Program-made: the position numbers and the translations under genes
Notes under the pieces: model-generated
Seen by the model: only the letters and a program-made list of their open reading frames with translations
Databases searched by the model: none
What the model was told of the DNA's origin: nothing
In this document: positions 40,208 through 49,796 of the stretch, one piece after another
How positions within the stretch are numbered: the stretch's first letter is position 1
Layout: the number at the start of each line of letters is the position of its first letter
DNA from: Promethearchaeota archaeon
GTDB lineage: Archaea > Asgardarchaeota > Lokiarchaeia > Sigyniarchaeales > SOKP01
Direction: 5' to 3'
Assembly: GCA_019058295.1 (NCBI GenBank)
Contig: JAHPZI010000026.1
Coordinates: 11,067-75,066, forward strand
Length of the DNA: 64,000 bases

Positions 40208-42115
40208 TTGACCGAGAAAGACGCCGAGGAAATAATAACAGAACTATCTGAAAAAAAATATGGTATAAAAGCAGGAATTTTATACGGTGTCGGGTGCGGA
40301 ATTGGAGGTTCTATATTTATATTATTAGGTACTGGAATTGATTTAGCAGGACCAGGTGTTTTAATTAGTCTTATACTTGGTGGTGTTCTGATTTTACTGA
40401 TTGCACTCAATTATTCTGAACTTTCAATCAGTTTACCAGTTTCTGGTGGAGCCTATAACTTTGGTAAGGAAGGTCTCGGGGGATTTTCAGCATTTATCAT
40501 CGGGTTTTTTTTATGGATTGCTAATATTGCTACATGTTCTTTTTCAGCCCAAATACTAGCTCTCATAATTGTGATCTTTTTTCCTTTTTTAAATGAATCT
40601 ATTTTCATAATAACGATCTCTGTTCTTTCTATTCTATTTATCACTATTGTATTTTTTAGAACTCAAAGATTTGCGGTACGAACGCTAATAATTCTAACAC
40701 TCATATTAATAGTAATTATCTGTATATTTATCATATCAGGTCTTTTTATTTCTCCAATCACTAATCCTTCTGGTTATAATCCGAATTATATATCTACAAA
40801 AACAAACATTTTTGGTGTACTATTGATATTTGCGCTTCTTTTTATTTTCTTTACTTCAATAACTTCAAACTTAGCATATTTTAATCCAGATTTGAAAAAC
40901 CCTTCAAAAAATATCCCCGTTGTTAATATTTTAGCAATTTTATTAACTCTAATAATTTATATATCGATAACATTAGTCGTTTTGATAAATCTTGGTAATA
41001 TATCAGGAAATATTGGGGAGTCGCCAATCTTATTAGGAGAGATCTTATATAATATTTTGGGACCTTTTGGATTTTATCTCATGGGTATCGCAGCAATAAT
41101 TTCAATTTTAATTGCTATGAACGCAGCCGTAGGTTCAGGTATCAGTGTTTTTCAAGCATTAGCAAGAGATCATTATATACCTAACGCTTTTCTAAAAAAA
41201 GGTAAAAAAACTGATTTACCTGTATATTCATTGATTGTAACTACGATTGTAGCAATCGTGTTCACAATTTTTGCGGAAATTTATGCAGGAATTGGATTTA
41301 CTGCCGGTATTACAGGTTTTATCTATTTTGTTGGATTAGCATTTGTTAATTTAGCTGCCGTGTATTTAAGATATAAAAGGAAAGAATTAGATCGTCCATT
41401 TAAAGCACCTTTTTTCCCCTTCTTACCTATAATAGTAGCTATAACGTGTTTAGTTCTGGCCGTTTTTTTATTCATTTTAGAACCAGCTGCTTTTATATTA
41501 GGTTTGATTATTCTCGCAATAGGACTAGTCTATTACATGATAATCATAGCTGATCGATATTCTCTCGTTATGACATTAGCAGGAATTAAAGTACTATGTG
41601 TAATTGTTGTAGGGCTCTTTATTTGGATTATTAATAATGTAAGTATATTAAGTTTTGAGTTATCAGGATTAGGTAATATCTTTTCCAGTGTTTTGTTGCG
41701 AATCTTAATTATAATTTGTATAATAATTATTGCTACAATTATACTGGATATAGTTCCTCTAAGAGAATTATTATTTTACTTTACTAGAAAATTAGATAGG
41801 AAAAAAGTCGCTATAGATCTTGGTTTTGGACAGATAATTGAATTTGATAAGACTAAAGTTAAAATAGTTTACATAGTAAACTTAATAATTGCATTATCGG
41901 AAATCTTTTCGGCGCTCTTTATCTTTTTTATTGTCTACTTATTTGGAATGAATTATGTTTCTATAGTACAAATAAAATTAGGAGATATTATAATACAACA
42001 AGTAATGGCAGAATATTTCTTAGTAGCAATTTTAGTTTTTTTCGCAAGCAGTCTCTTAATAAGTGGAGTTATAATGGTATATATTAATAGAGAAGTTTTA
42101 GTTCTTGGAATGTAA
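40208..42115 (+). CDS. APC family amino acid permease with extra C-terminal TM helices
   Basis: IGGSIF, AGPG, YSELS..LPVSGGAY, LKNPSKNIP, ALARD, RPFKAPFFP. Confidence 0.9.
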   Translation: MTEKDAEEIITELSEKKYGIKAGILYGVGCGIGGSIFILLGTGIDLAGPGVLISLILGGVLILLIALNYSELSISLPVSGGAYNFGKEGLGGFSAFIIGFFLWIANIATCSFSAQILALIIVIFFPFLNESIFIITISVLSILFITIVFFRTQRFAVRTLIILTLILIVIICIFIISGLFISPITNPSGYNPNYISTKTNIFGVLLIFALLFIFFTSITSNLAYFNPDLKNPSKNIPVVNILAILLTLIIYISITLVVLINLGNISGNIGESPILLGEILYNILGPFGFYLMGIAAIISILIAMNAAVGSGISVFQALARDHYIPNAFLKKGKKTDLPVYSLIVTTIVAIVFTIFAEIYAGIGFTAGITGFIYFVGLAFVNLAAVYLRYKRKELDRPFKAPFFPFLPIIVAITCLVLAVFLFILEPAAFILGLIILAIGLVYYMIIIADRYSLVMTLAGIKVLCVIVVGLFIWIINNVSILSFELSGLGNIFSSVLLRILIIICIIIIATIILDIVPLRELLFYFTRKLDRKKVAIDLGFGQIIEFDKTKVKIVYIVNLIIALSEIFSALFIFFIVYLFGMNYVSIVQIKLGDIIIQQVMAEYFLVAILVFFASSLLISGVIMVYINREVLVLGM

Positions 42116-42117
42116 TA

Positions 42118-42846
42118 ATGGACTTCCCGAAAATAAATTTACATACTCATTCAGTTTTTTCCGATGGAAAAAATAGTATTAAACAGATGGTAACCGTAGC
42201 ACTTAAATTAAAAATAAACTATCTTGCTATTACAGACCATTTTTCAGATTCTTGGAAATGTAAAATAATACCTACTCTAAATACAGCTGAAAAAATTGAG
42301 GACTACTTAATTAAAATTGAAAATTGCCAGAGCTATTTAAAAACCAACAATAAAAATCTAAGACTTTTTAAGGGAATTGAAATAGATCTAGGAAGCTCAG
42401 AAAAGGTAATAAAGAAATTTATCAGACCTGAACATTTTGATATAATTTTATTTGAGTATTTAGAGACTCCTGAGGGCATGGCTTATGTTAGAAATATAAT
42501 TGAATACTGGAAAAACTTAAAACCTGTTAATAATAAGTTTCCAATATTAGGATTAGCTCATTTTGATCCTTCTAATTTTATCTATCAAGGTTTAGATTCA
42601 TTAATATATTTTCTCAAAGAGTTTAACATTTATTATGAATTTAACTCAAGTTATTATGAATGCTTCTCTAGAAAAAATGAATTATTTTTTAAGAAATTAA
42701 AAGAACATAAGATATATGTAGCGATAGGAAGCGATGCCCATAATTTAAATGGGTTGGATTTTATTGAAGAACCATTAAAAATGATTGAAATTTATAATCT
42801 CGAGAATAATTTTAAACTTTTTTTAGAAAGATTGAAAAATATTTAA
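42118..42846 (+). CDS. PHP domain phosphoesterase
   Basis: NLHTHS.FSDG, ITDH, GIE, AH, GSDAH. Confidence 0.9.
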   Translation: MDFPKINLHTHSVFSDGKNSIKQMVTVALKLKINYLAITDHFSDSWKCKIIPTLNTAEKIEDYLIKIENCQSYLKTNNKNLRLFKGIEIDLGSSEKVIKKFIRPEHFDIILFEYLETPEGMAYVRNIIEYWKNLKPVNNKFPILGLAHFDPSNFIYQGLDSLIYFLKEFNIYYEFNSSYYECFSRKNELFFKKLKEHKIYVAIGSDAHNLNGLDFIEEPLKMIEIYNLENNFKLFLERLKNI

Positions 42847-42978
42847 TAAAGGGAAAATTGGCAATTTAATCTGAAAATATAAAATTAAAATTACTAAAAT
42901 ATTGATGTAATTTTTTCAACCTGAAATTTACAAAATAAAACAACTTTCCTTTTATTTATTGTAATCTTAGCTACCATT

Positions 42979-43560
42979 TTATACATTAATCCATCTATGT
43001 CTAAATCTTCGTTTGGTGTCAGGTTTTTCAATAAAAGGTTTATCAAGAAATTCTGTTACTATTTGACCAAGTTTCTTGCATGTTGCCATTGATCCAAAGA
43101 AAAAATTTCTTTTTCTTGAATTTTGGAATATAAAAGCTAAAGCATAACCACCACCACCATCATAGCTAGAAGAAACTTCTTTAATTTCATGAAATTCAAT
43201 TATTTCCGTTGTTTTAAATCGACGAGATTTGTTATTAAACATTACTTTTTTTGATTGATTATCAAAAAGAATTTCTCTTTTTCGCTTATAACCGTATATA
43301 AATAAACCTAATGGAACAAATGTTATTAGAGAAAAAAATGGAAAAATTAATAATAAATAAGATAACTCAAAAAACATTGCAATCCCACTTGATAGATATC
43401 CAAAAATTAAAAAGAAAATTATGAATGGAAGACCAAATAAAAAGAAGACTTTTATTGCTAATAAAATTTCATGCCAAACATCATAACTAATTATTAACTC
43501 TTTCTCAGTCTTTGAAAGTTCCCAGTAAATCTTTAACCATTCCTCCTGATTATTTTCCAC
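42979..43560 (-). CDS. Hypothetical protein, two TM helices plus soluble beta-rich domain
   Basis: Two hydrophobic helices followed by a PH-like beta-rich region (fold is a guess). Confidence 0.65.
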   Translation of the reverse strand: MENNQEEWLKIYWELSKTEKELIISYDVWHEILLAIKVFFLFGLPFIIFFLIFGYLSSGIAMFFELSYLLLIFPFFSLITFVPLGLFIYGYKRKREILFDNQSKKVMFNNKSRRFKTTEIIEFHEIKEVSSSYDGGGGYALAFIFQNSRKRNFFFGSMATCKKLGQIVTEFLDKPFIEKPDTKRRFRHRWINV

Positions 43561-43582
43561 TTTGCACCCTCAACTTATATTT

Positions 43583-43999
43583 TTATTTTGAAAATGATAA
43601 ATTAACCGTTCCATTCATAACTCTTATATTATTTATTTTTTCAACTTGATATTCACAATGTACAACTTTTCTATTATCTTCATGCTTAATATCAATAATT
43701 TTTCCATTAAATATTATTTCATCGTTAGGATAAACTGGATTCTCAAATTTAATCGTTATACCGGATAAAGCATTTATGTTACCATCAATCCAATCAATAA
43801 TCCATTTAGGAACGAAAGAAAACAAAAAATTCCCAGCTATAAGGATATCATCATAACCCAATCGATGAACATATAATTTGCTAAGATGCATAGGATTGAT
43901 TTCTTTTGCTAATTTGTTGTATTGTTTATAGGTTTTTTTTTCCATTTTAACTTTGAAAGATGGAATCTCTTGTCCTATTTCTATTTCTTTTGTTATCAT
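43583..43999 (-). CDS. MaoC-type (HadB-like) hot-dog dehydratase subunit
   Basis: EINPMH, G.....IAG, IKFENPVYPND; ATG 43999 after GGAAGTG (track start 44008). Confidence 0.8.
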   Translation of the reverse strand: MITKEIEIGQEIPSFKVKMEKKTYKQYNKLAKEINPMHLSKLYVHRLGYDDILIAGNFLFSFVPKWIIDWIDGNINALSGITIKFENPVYPNDEIIFNGKIIDIKHEDNRKVVHCEYQVEKINNIRVMNGTVNLSFSK

Positions 44000-44023
44000 T
44001 ATAAACACTTCCTATTTGACTTT

Positions 44024-44515
44024 CTATAATTTGAAAAAACAATCATGATTATCTACAGCGTAAATAATATTGTTTTCATCTAAAACAGATAATTTAAAAA
44101 CAATATTATAATAGACGCCTTTTTTACCAGATTTTTTAATCGGCTCTGATAATTCCGTTTTGATTTTATATTTTTTATTCATTGTCATTGGTTTAAAGAA
44201 TTCAATTTCTGAACCTACATGTATAAATGCCTTAACTAATTTTGAGAATAAATGTGGACCACCTTTAGTAAGAATAAGTTGAACTAACGGATTCGTTAAG
44301 CTCGTCATATAACTTGGGGGGATAACTTTACCCTCAAATCCTGCTTTATTTGCCGCTATATTGTCAAGATAAATTAAATTATCATCACCAATCAAATCAC
44401 AGAATTTTGTTATCTCTTTATCATCTGGTTTAAATTCGTAAAATCCTATTTCTTTTACATTTTTTTTTAACTGTCTGTTAAGTTCTTCTACTTTCGATAT
44501 GTTATTTTCTGCCAT
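44024..44515 (-). CDS. MaoC N-terminal-type (HadA-like) hot-dog subunit
   Basis: ITKFCDLIGDDNLIYLD..AA..AGF...VIPP, IHVGSEIEFFKP. Confidence 0.8.
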   Translation of the reverse strand: MAENNISKVEELNRQLKKNVKEIGFYEFKPDDKEITKFCDLIGDDNLIYLDNIAANKAGFEGKVIPPSYMTSLTNPLVQLILTKGGPHLFSKLVKAFIHVGSEIEFFKPMTMNKKYKIKTELSEPIKKSGKKGVYYNIVFKLSVLDENNIIYAVDNHDCFFKL

Positions 44516-44598
44516 AGTAATAGTATTCTTGGAAATTTTTAATGATATATATGTTTTTTTTAAAATCTTAGTCCTCAGAAAAAAAAGTGGAATATGAA

Positions 44599-45135
44599 TT
44601 ATAGAATAATAATAACTTGATAATAATCAAGAATTATTAAACCCAAAAATCCTAATTCTATTAAGAGCCAGATATTCCGTTTTAAATTCCTTACTACTTT
44701 TAATCCCTTACCACTATAACTGATTATATTGTAAATAAACATCAATATCCAAGCTAATAAAAGAATTACAACGGGAAGGATCAATGCCATAATATGTCCA
44801 TCAGTAAAATCTATTAAATACTTATAACCAAGAATAACAAATCCAATTATAACAAACGTAAATCCAAGCCCAAATGTATATTCCGCAAAGTTTATAAATC
44901 TCTTTATTTTCTTTTCAGATATTTCTTCAAATTGAGATTCATAATGCGCTCTTGAATTTGCGGTTACTGAATTAATAAATAAAATAAAAGCCATCATTAA
45001 CAAAAAAGTTACAGTTATTATCCCATGTTTAGGTTTGAATTGCCAAATTAAAGCAAGTATCGTTAAAAGAGCGCCAATCATAGTTGTGGAGAGAACAATC
45101 CAGTCTTTTACATTTACTTCATCTTCTTTTGCCAT
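44599..45135 (-). CDS. Hypothetical multi-pass membrane protein
   Basis: About five hydrophobic helices. Confidence 0.7.
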   Translation of the reverse strand: MAKEDEVNVKDWIVLSTTMIGALLTILALIWQFKPKHGIITVTFLLMMAFILFINSVTANSRAHYESQFEEISEKKIKRFINFAEYTFGLGFTFVIIGFVILGYKYLIDFTDGHIMALILPVVILLLAWILMFIYNIISYSGKGLKVVRNLKRNIWLLIELGFLGLIILDYYQVIIIL

Positions 45136-45242
45136 TTTTTTACCTCAAAATTATTACTTAATTAATTAATTGCTTACAAAAACTTTAGATTTATTACTTA
45201 TAAAAGTTTTGCGATGTGTTATAATCGTTATCAACTATAAAA

Positions 45243-46046
45243 TTGAAATATTCATTATCTTTTTATAATCGCATTTTTTTAGTTTATATTATGGAATTAG
45301 AAGAAAAAATTGAATTAGCTGCAAAATGGATAGCTGAGTCAAAGAACTTAGTAATTTTTACAGGTGCGGGAATTTCGACAGGTAGTGGATTACCGGATTA
45401 TAGAGGTCCAGATGGCGTATGGACTAGACGAGATAAAGGCCTCCCTCCCCCAAAATCACCACCGTGGGATCAAGTAAAACCTAATCAGGGACATTTCATC
45501 ATTCTAGAATTATTAAAAATGGGAAAACTAGATTTTGTTATTTCTCAAAACGTTGATGGACTACATGCGAAATCAGGAATTCCCTTTGACAAACTTGCTG
45601 AGCTCCACGGGAATATGTACTTCATGAAATGCCTTGAATGTGGCAAAAAGATGACATTCGAAGATGCAGGTTGGGATAAAAATAAATGGGGTAAAGGCTA
45701 TAGAACTAATCGTGTTCATAATGGTCAACCAACATGCCCAAACTGTGGAGGAAGGCTAATTTCAAGCATAGTTAATTTTGGGGATCCTTTACCGGAAGAC
45801 GAATTATACGAATCAATAAAAAGATCTCAGCAATCTGATGTATTTTTTGTGATAGGTTCCTCCTTAGTTGTTACCCCAGCAGCAAACATGCCAGAGTACG
45901 CAAGAAGAAGTGGTGCAAAATTAATTATTTTAAATATGGGAGATACTCCTTATGATAGCGTGGTGGACCTAAGATTCTTTAATAAAATAGAAGACATACT
46001 TCCTCCAATCTTTGAAAAAGTAAAAAATATAATTAATTCAAGTTAA
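45243..46046 (+). CDS. Sir2-family NAD-dependent deacylase (class IV-like)
   Basis: TGAGISTGSGLPDYRGPDGVWT, SQNVDGLH, ELHGN, CLEC/CPNC, GSSL.V.PA; likely start at MELEEK. Confidence 0.93.
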   Translation: MKYSLSFYNRIFLVYIMELEEKIELAAKWIAESKNLVIFTGAGISTGSGLPDYRGPDGVWTRRDKGLPPPKSPPWDQVKPNQGHFIILELLKMGKLDFVISQNVDGLHAKSGIPFDKLAELHGNMYFMKCLECGKKMTFEDAGWDKNKWGKGYRTNRVHNGQPTCPNCGGRLISSIVNFGDPLPEDELYESIKRSQQSDVFFVIGSSLVVTPAANMPEYARRSGAKLIILNMGDTPYDSVVDLRFFNKIEDILPPIFEKVKNIINSS

Positions 46047-46048
46047 AT

Positions 46049-47716
46049 TTATTTCAATTTAGCAAAAATTTTTTTGCTTCTATCAACTTCTTTGAGAATT
46101 CTTCTTCCTTCTTTATTAGATAATGATAAATTAATTTCACTATTTCTGCTTAAGGATCCCGTAAAAATTTCCTTCTGGTCGGCGAAAACTTTAATATTTT
46201 GGCTAGCAAACCTTGGAGCTGCTTTTAATATAACTTTATCTTTTTTTATTATTACATCAAGCTCAATTCTTTCCTTATTTGAACTTACTCGTTTAAAAGT
46301 GGATGATTTTTTAAAATCAAGTGAAGAAGCTTTTGAAAGTTTTGATTTTTGTGGATTAATAGGATTTATGACGACATCTTGCCCAAAAGAATAAATTTCG
46401 AAAGCAAGTTGTCCTGAATTGAAATCTCTAACTTCTACAACAGGTCTGGCGAGATCTTTATCCCTAAAACCATGAGGTACTTTTACCGTCATTTTTATTA
46501 TTAAAACTGTCGAAATGTCGCCCCCCTCTATAAATATAATTGTATCTATAATAGAAGGAAGCATTCCAAGTTCGATGCGGCCAATAAATCTTTGGATTGC
46601 ATCTATCGCGGATGAAGAGTGTACAACGCCAACCATACCAACACCAGATAACCGAAAATCTGAATATATTTCAAAATCTTTTGTGGTTCTTACTTCATCA
46701 AAAATAGTGAAATCAGGTCTTACTAATAAAAGAATATCTGCTGAATTTTCAAGATTACCCTCTAATTTAGTATATTGAGTAATTTCTGGTTTAACTTGTA
46801 AATCTCTCACACTTTCTAAAGTTTTAACTACTTTATTCTGACCTAAATAATAATTAGCTAGTGCTGCAGAAAAAGTCGATTTACCTGCTCCTGGAGATCC
46901 GCAAACTAATATTCCCTCTGCGGTTTGCAATCTCTTTTGTAGTCTGGCATCAATTGAATAATCTGACAGTGTTAAGCTAACTAATGGATGAGTAGCTGTT
47001 ATTTCAACATCAGTAGAAAATGGTGGACGTGTTATTACTATTCTAAATTCCCTTAATTGTGCGACTACTGCGCCTTCTCTTTCTATTTCTATAAACGAAT
47101 GTTCGTCTTCTCTTACATTTTCAATTATCTCAAGGGCAATATCTTCTATTAGTTTATTGCCAATAGGCTCAGAATCAATTTTTACTAAGTGCCAATCACC
47201 AGGAGAACCTTTCTTTGCATAAGGTGGTAAATTTCGTTTAAGATGAACGCTCATGGTTGATTCATCAAAATAATCGAATATCTTAAGTTTAAGAGGTTCT
47301 TCTTTAAGGGGTGGTTTTTTTTCCCATGCAAACAACACTTCTAATCCTTCAAAAATACCAATATCTCCTTGAATTCTATCAGCCGTAATTAATACTGCAT
47401 TGTTTTCTAAGGCTGATTTTCGGATTAGCGCATCAAGCTCCCCGCCCGGACTCATTTTTATTTCTTCCCTCGTTGGACGGCTTCCAATGATTTTCAAATT
47501 AATTTTTTTCTCATTATGAAGCTCACGCAATTTTTTTAATACATTGAGACCATAAAATCCTATCTCCTTCTGAATATTTGTACGATATTCAACTTCTGCA
47601 ATTACGATATTAGAAATAATGATTTCTGGATGATCTCCCAATTCTCCGTCTTCGATTAGACTTAGAATCTGACCATTGAATATGACTGATGTATCGCAAG
47701 CAAATTTATCTGGCAT
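46049..47716 (-). CDS. PIN-domain ATPase (PINA family)
   Basis: DTSV PIN N-terminus, GSPGAGKST, KTLES.RDLQ, LLVRPD.TIFDEVR, GMVGVVH, DLARPV. Confidence 0.92.
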   Translation of the reverse strand: MPDKFACDTSVIFNGQILSLIEDGELGDHPEIIISNIVIAEVEYRTNIQKEIGFYGLNVLKKLRELHNEKKINLKIIGSRPTREEIKMSPGGELDALIRKSALENNAVLITADRIQGDIGIFEGLEVLFAWEKKPPLKEEPLKLKIFDYFDESTMSVHLKRNLPPYAKKGSPGDWHLVKIDSEPIGNKLIEDIALEIIENVREDEHSFIEIEREGAVVAQLREFRIVITRPPFSTDVEITATHPLVSLTLSDYSIDARLQKRLQTAEGILVCGSPGAGKSTFSAALANYYLGQNKVVKTLESVRDLQVKPEITQYTKLEGNLENSADILLLVRPDFTIFDEVRTTKDFEIYSDFRLSGVGMVGVVHSSSAIDAIQRFIGRIELGMLPSIIDTIIFIEGGDISTVLIIKMTVKVPHGFRDKDLARPVVEVRDFNSGQLAFEIYSFGQDVVINPINPQKSKLSKASSLDFKKSSTFKRVSSNKERIELDVIIKKDKVILKAAPRFASQNIKVFADQKEIFTGSLSRNSEINLSLSNKEGRRILKEVDRSKKIFAKLK

Positions 47717-48311
47717 TAAAATCAGAATCTATATCCTTATTCATAATTTGAAATTTCTTAACATTATAATAAATAGGCTTACTTAATCTATCCACTGTTG
47801 CAACAATTAGTTCCTTGCGAGAACTCAGAGCAACTTTAGACATTTTATCTAAATCTCTTAATTCAATTGGACTTCCCTCAAAAACGGGAAAAATCAAATA
47901 TTTTGCAGAATCTTTTTCATAATCCGCACCTCGATTATAAACTCGAAATTCAATTCCATCGCCATATCCCGTACGAACAATATACCCTCTCTTTCTTAAG
48001 TCCATGTAAATAATGTACTTATGCCATAATCTATCGTCAAATTGAGTAAAATAAGTTAATAAATCTTCAAAATCGTGTTGCTTTTTAGTTTTATCATTAT
48101 CTTCCCATAATAAAATTCTATTTCTTTCGCAAAGAAGTAGCGTTTCGACTGGAGCTAATATTAAAATTTCTTTTTCTTCTGTTGTTTTTTCAACATTACC
48201 TATGTATGAATTTTTATAAAATTCTTCAATTCCTTCAAGATCCGAAATTACAACTTTATCTTGTTCTATAGCACCTTCTATTTGAATCTTCTCATCAGAT
48301 TTTTCTGTCAT
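47706..48311 (-). CDS. endA: tRNA-splicing endonuclease subunit, probably structural/non-catalytic
   Basis: L...E.L.L, KYIIYMDLRKRGYIVRTG, FRVY, SRK.LIVA.VD. Confidence 0.8.
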   Translation of the reverse strand: MTEKSDEKIQIEGAIEQDKVVISDLEGIEEFYKNSYIGNVEKTTEEKEILILAPVETLLLCERNRILLWEDNDKTKKQHDFEDLLTYFTQFDDRLWHKYIIYMDLRKRGYIVRTGYGDGIEFRVYNRGADYEKDSAKYLIFPVFEGSPIELRDLDKMSKVALSSRKELIVATVDRLSKPIYYNVKKFQIMNKDIDSDFNAR

Positions 48312-48408
48312 AACCTAATTTATAATTATATTTTCTAATTAATGAATTTAACCATTCTAAGGCTTTTTAAGAAAATTAAATTAGTGTAGAATATTATGGA
48401 ATTTAATT

Positions 48409-48978
48409 ATGAAGGATTTACTCGAAACCATTTTAAATAAATTAAATGGTGCTTCAAAAATCATTTTCATTGGAGTTGGAGAAGTGAAATTAAACGATGA
48501 TGGAGTAGGACCATATATTATAAGTGAACTTTTATCATACTCTAATGAAAACTTCCTTTTTATTAATGCTAGTACCGATCCAATGGATAGAATTGATGAA
48601 ATCGTAGATTTTAATCCTTCACATATAGTAGTTATAGACACTTGTACATATAATGGTCCACCTGGAACTGTAGCGATATTAGAACGAGAAAATATGTGTG
48701 ATTATGTACCTATTTCAACTCATACTATACCGCTCTCTGTTGTAATTGATTTATTAGTAGAACGATTGCCAAATGCGGAGATTTTCATGATTGGATTAGT
48801 TCCAGAAGATTTAAAGGGTTTTACCCAATTAACCCTCTATAAAGAGAACGAATTATCCCTTGATGATTACTCTGAGAATATCGATTTGCCTTTTTTTAAT
48901 TTTAATTTATCAGACACTATTAAAGATGTAGCAGATAAACTAATAGATATAATAAAAAAAATTACTGAAAAAATATAA
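48409..48978 (+). CDS. Hydrogenase maturation protease (HycI-like)
   Basis: GVG....DDGVG, P.HIVVID, PG, STHTIPL. Confidence 0.85.
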   Translation: MKDLLETILNKLNGASKIIFIGVGEVKLNDDGVGPYIISELLSYSNENFLFINASTDPMDRIDEIVDFNPSHIVVIDTCTYNGPPGTVAILERENMCDYVPISTHTIPLSVVIDLLVERLPNAEIFMIGLVPEDLKGFTQLTLYKENELSLDDYSENIDLPFFNFNLSDTIKDVADKLIDIIKKITEKI

Positions 48979-48993
48979 ATTATTTTTTAGACT

Positions 48994-49248
48994 TTAATAA
49001 CCGCCTGCCTGCGTAGCCATAACAGTTATTACATCTTTTTTAGGATGGATACCTATTTTAGCAAATTTTAATTGATCAGGTAAAACCTTCCCTTTAAAAA
49101 TAAATTGAATAGCTAAAATCGGATTTAGCTTATATTCTCTCTGAACTGATTTTTTAATATCAGCAATATTTTGATTAGGATCTACCTCAATTAATTTAAT
49201 AGCCTGGTCTGGCGGGACTCCAGTAAGCCTAAATCTGTATTGTGTAAT
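48994..49248 (-). CDS. Ubiquitin/SUMO-like modifier precursor, 84 aa, ATT start (not in ORF track)
   Basis: (M)TQYRFRLTGVPPDQAIKLIEVDPNQNIADIKKSVQREYKLNPILAIQFIFKGKVLPDQLKFAKIGIHPKKDVITVMATQAGGY*; GGAAGTG RBS-like motif upstream. Confidence 0.85.
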   Translation of the reverse strand: MTQYRFRLTGVPPDQAIKLIEVDPNQNIADIKKSVQREYKLNPILAIQFIFKGKVLPDQLKFAKIGIHPKKDVITVMATQAGGY

Positions 49249-49407
49249 TTTTAATCACTTCCTTTTTTAAATTCGGAGATAAAATATATTATTATATATA
49301 TAAAGTTAATAAAAATAATTAAGTATTTTAGTCTAAAAGGTTATACTTGAGTTTAAAGCGACTTTTTTTTAGGATTCAATTAGATATTCAAGAAGGTGTT
49401 AGATATT

Positions 49408-49596
49408 TTAAAACCGAAATGGTTCAGGTGGAGGTGGGGGTCCAGGTGGTGCAGGACCTGGAGGAATAGGGGGGCCAGGTCTAAATGGAGGTCGTTTAAG
49501 TAAATTTTCTAATGATGAAAGTCTTTTTTCTATCTCATTTATCCTTTTTTCAATTTTATTAATTCTATCTAATAAATTCGGGTTTTCTAATGACAT
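49408..49596 (-). CDS. 62-aa coiled-coil plus polyproline microprotein
   Basis: LLDRINKIEKRINEIEKRLSSLENLL then RPPFRPGPPIPPGPAPPGPPPPPEPF; GC-rich relative to surroundings. Confidence 0.75.
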   Translation of the reverse strand: MSLENPNLLDRINKIEKRINEIEKRLSSLENLLKRPPFRPGPPIPPGPAPPGPPPPPEPFRF

Positions 49597-49796
49597 TTCT
49601 ATATTAATTTAATTTATTCTTTGTAGTTTTATAATTATGATACTTATTATTTTTAAAATTTTTATCTAAATTTATTGAAAAAACATATTTAGTCGGGATC
49701 TATACTTTTTTAAATATAAAGGTTTTTCAGAAAAAAAAGAGTTTTAGTCCAGAAAAAAAGTATAATTTTTTATATTTATATTATTATATTTCTATT

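Noticed and set aside
48409-48978. Hydrogenase maturation protease as the enzyme trimming the neighbouring ubiquitin-like precursor
   Set aside because: The genes are only convergent neighbours, and this family recognises Ni-loaded hydrogenase subunits; no supporting evidence
49229-49258. GTG at 49258 as start of the ubiquitin-like gene
   Set aside because: Out of frame, stops after 9 codons, and lies inside the RBS-like motif
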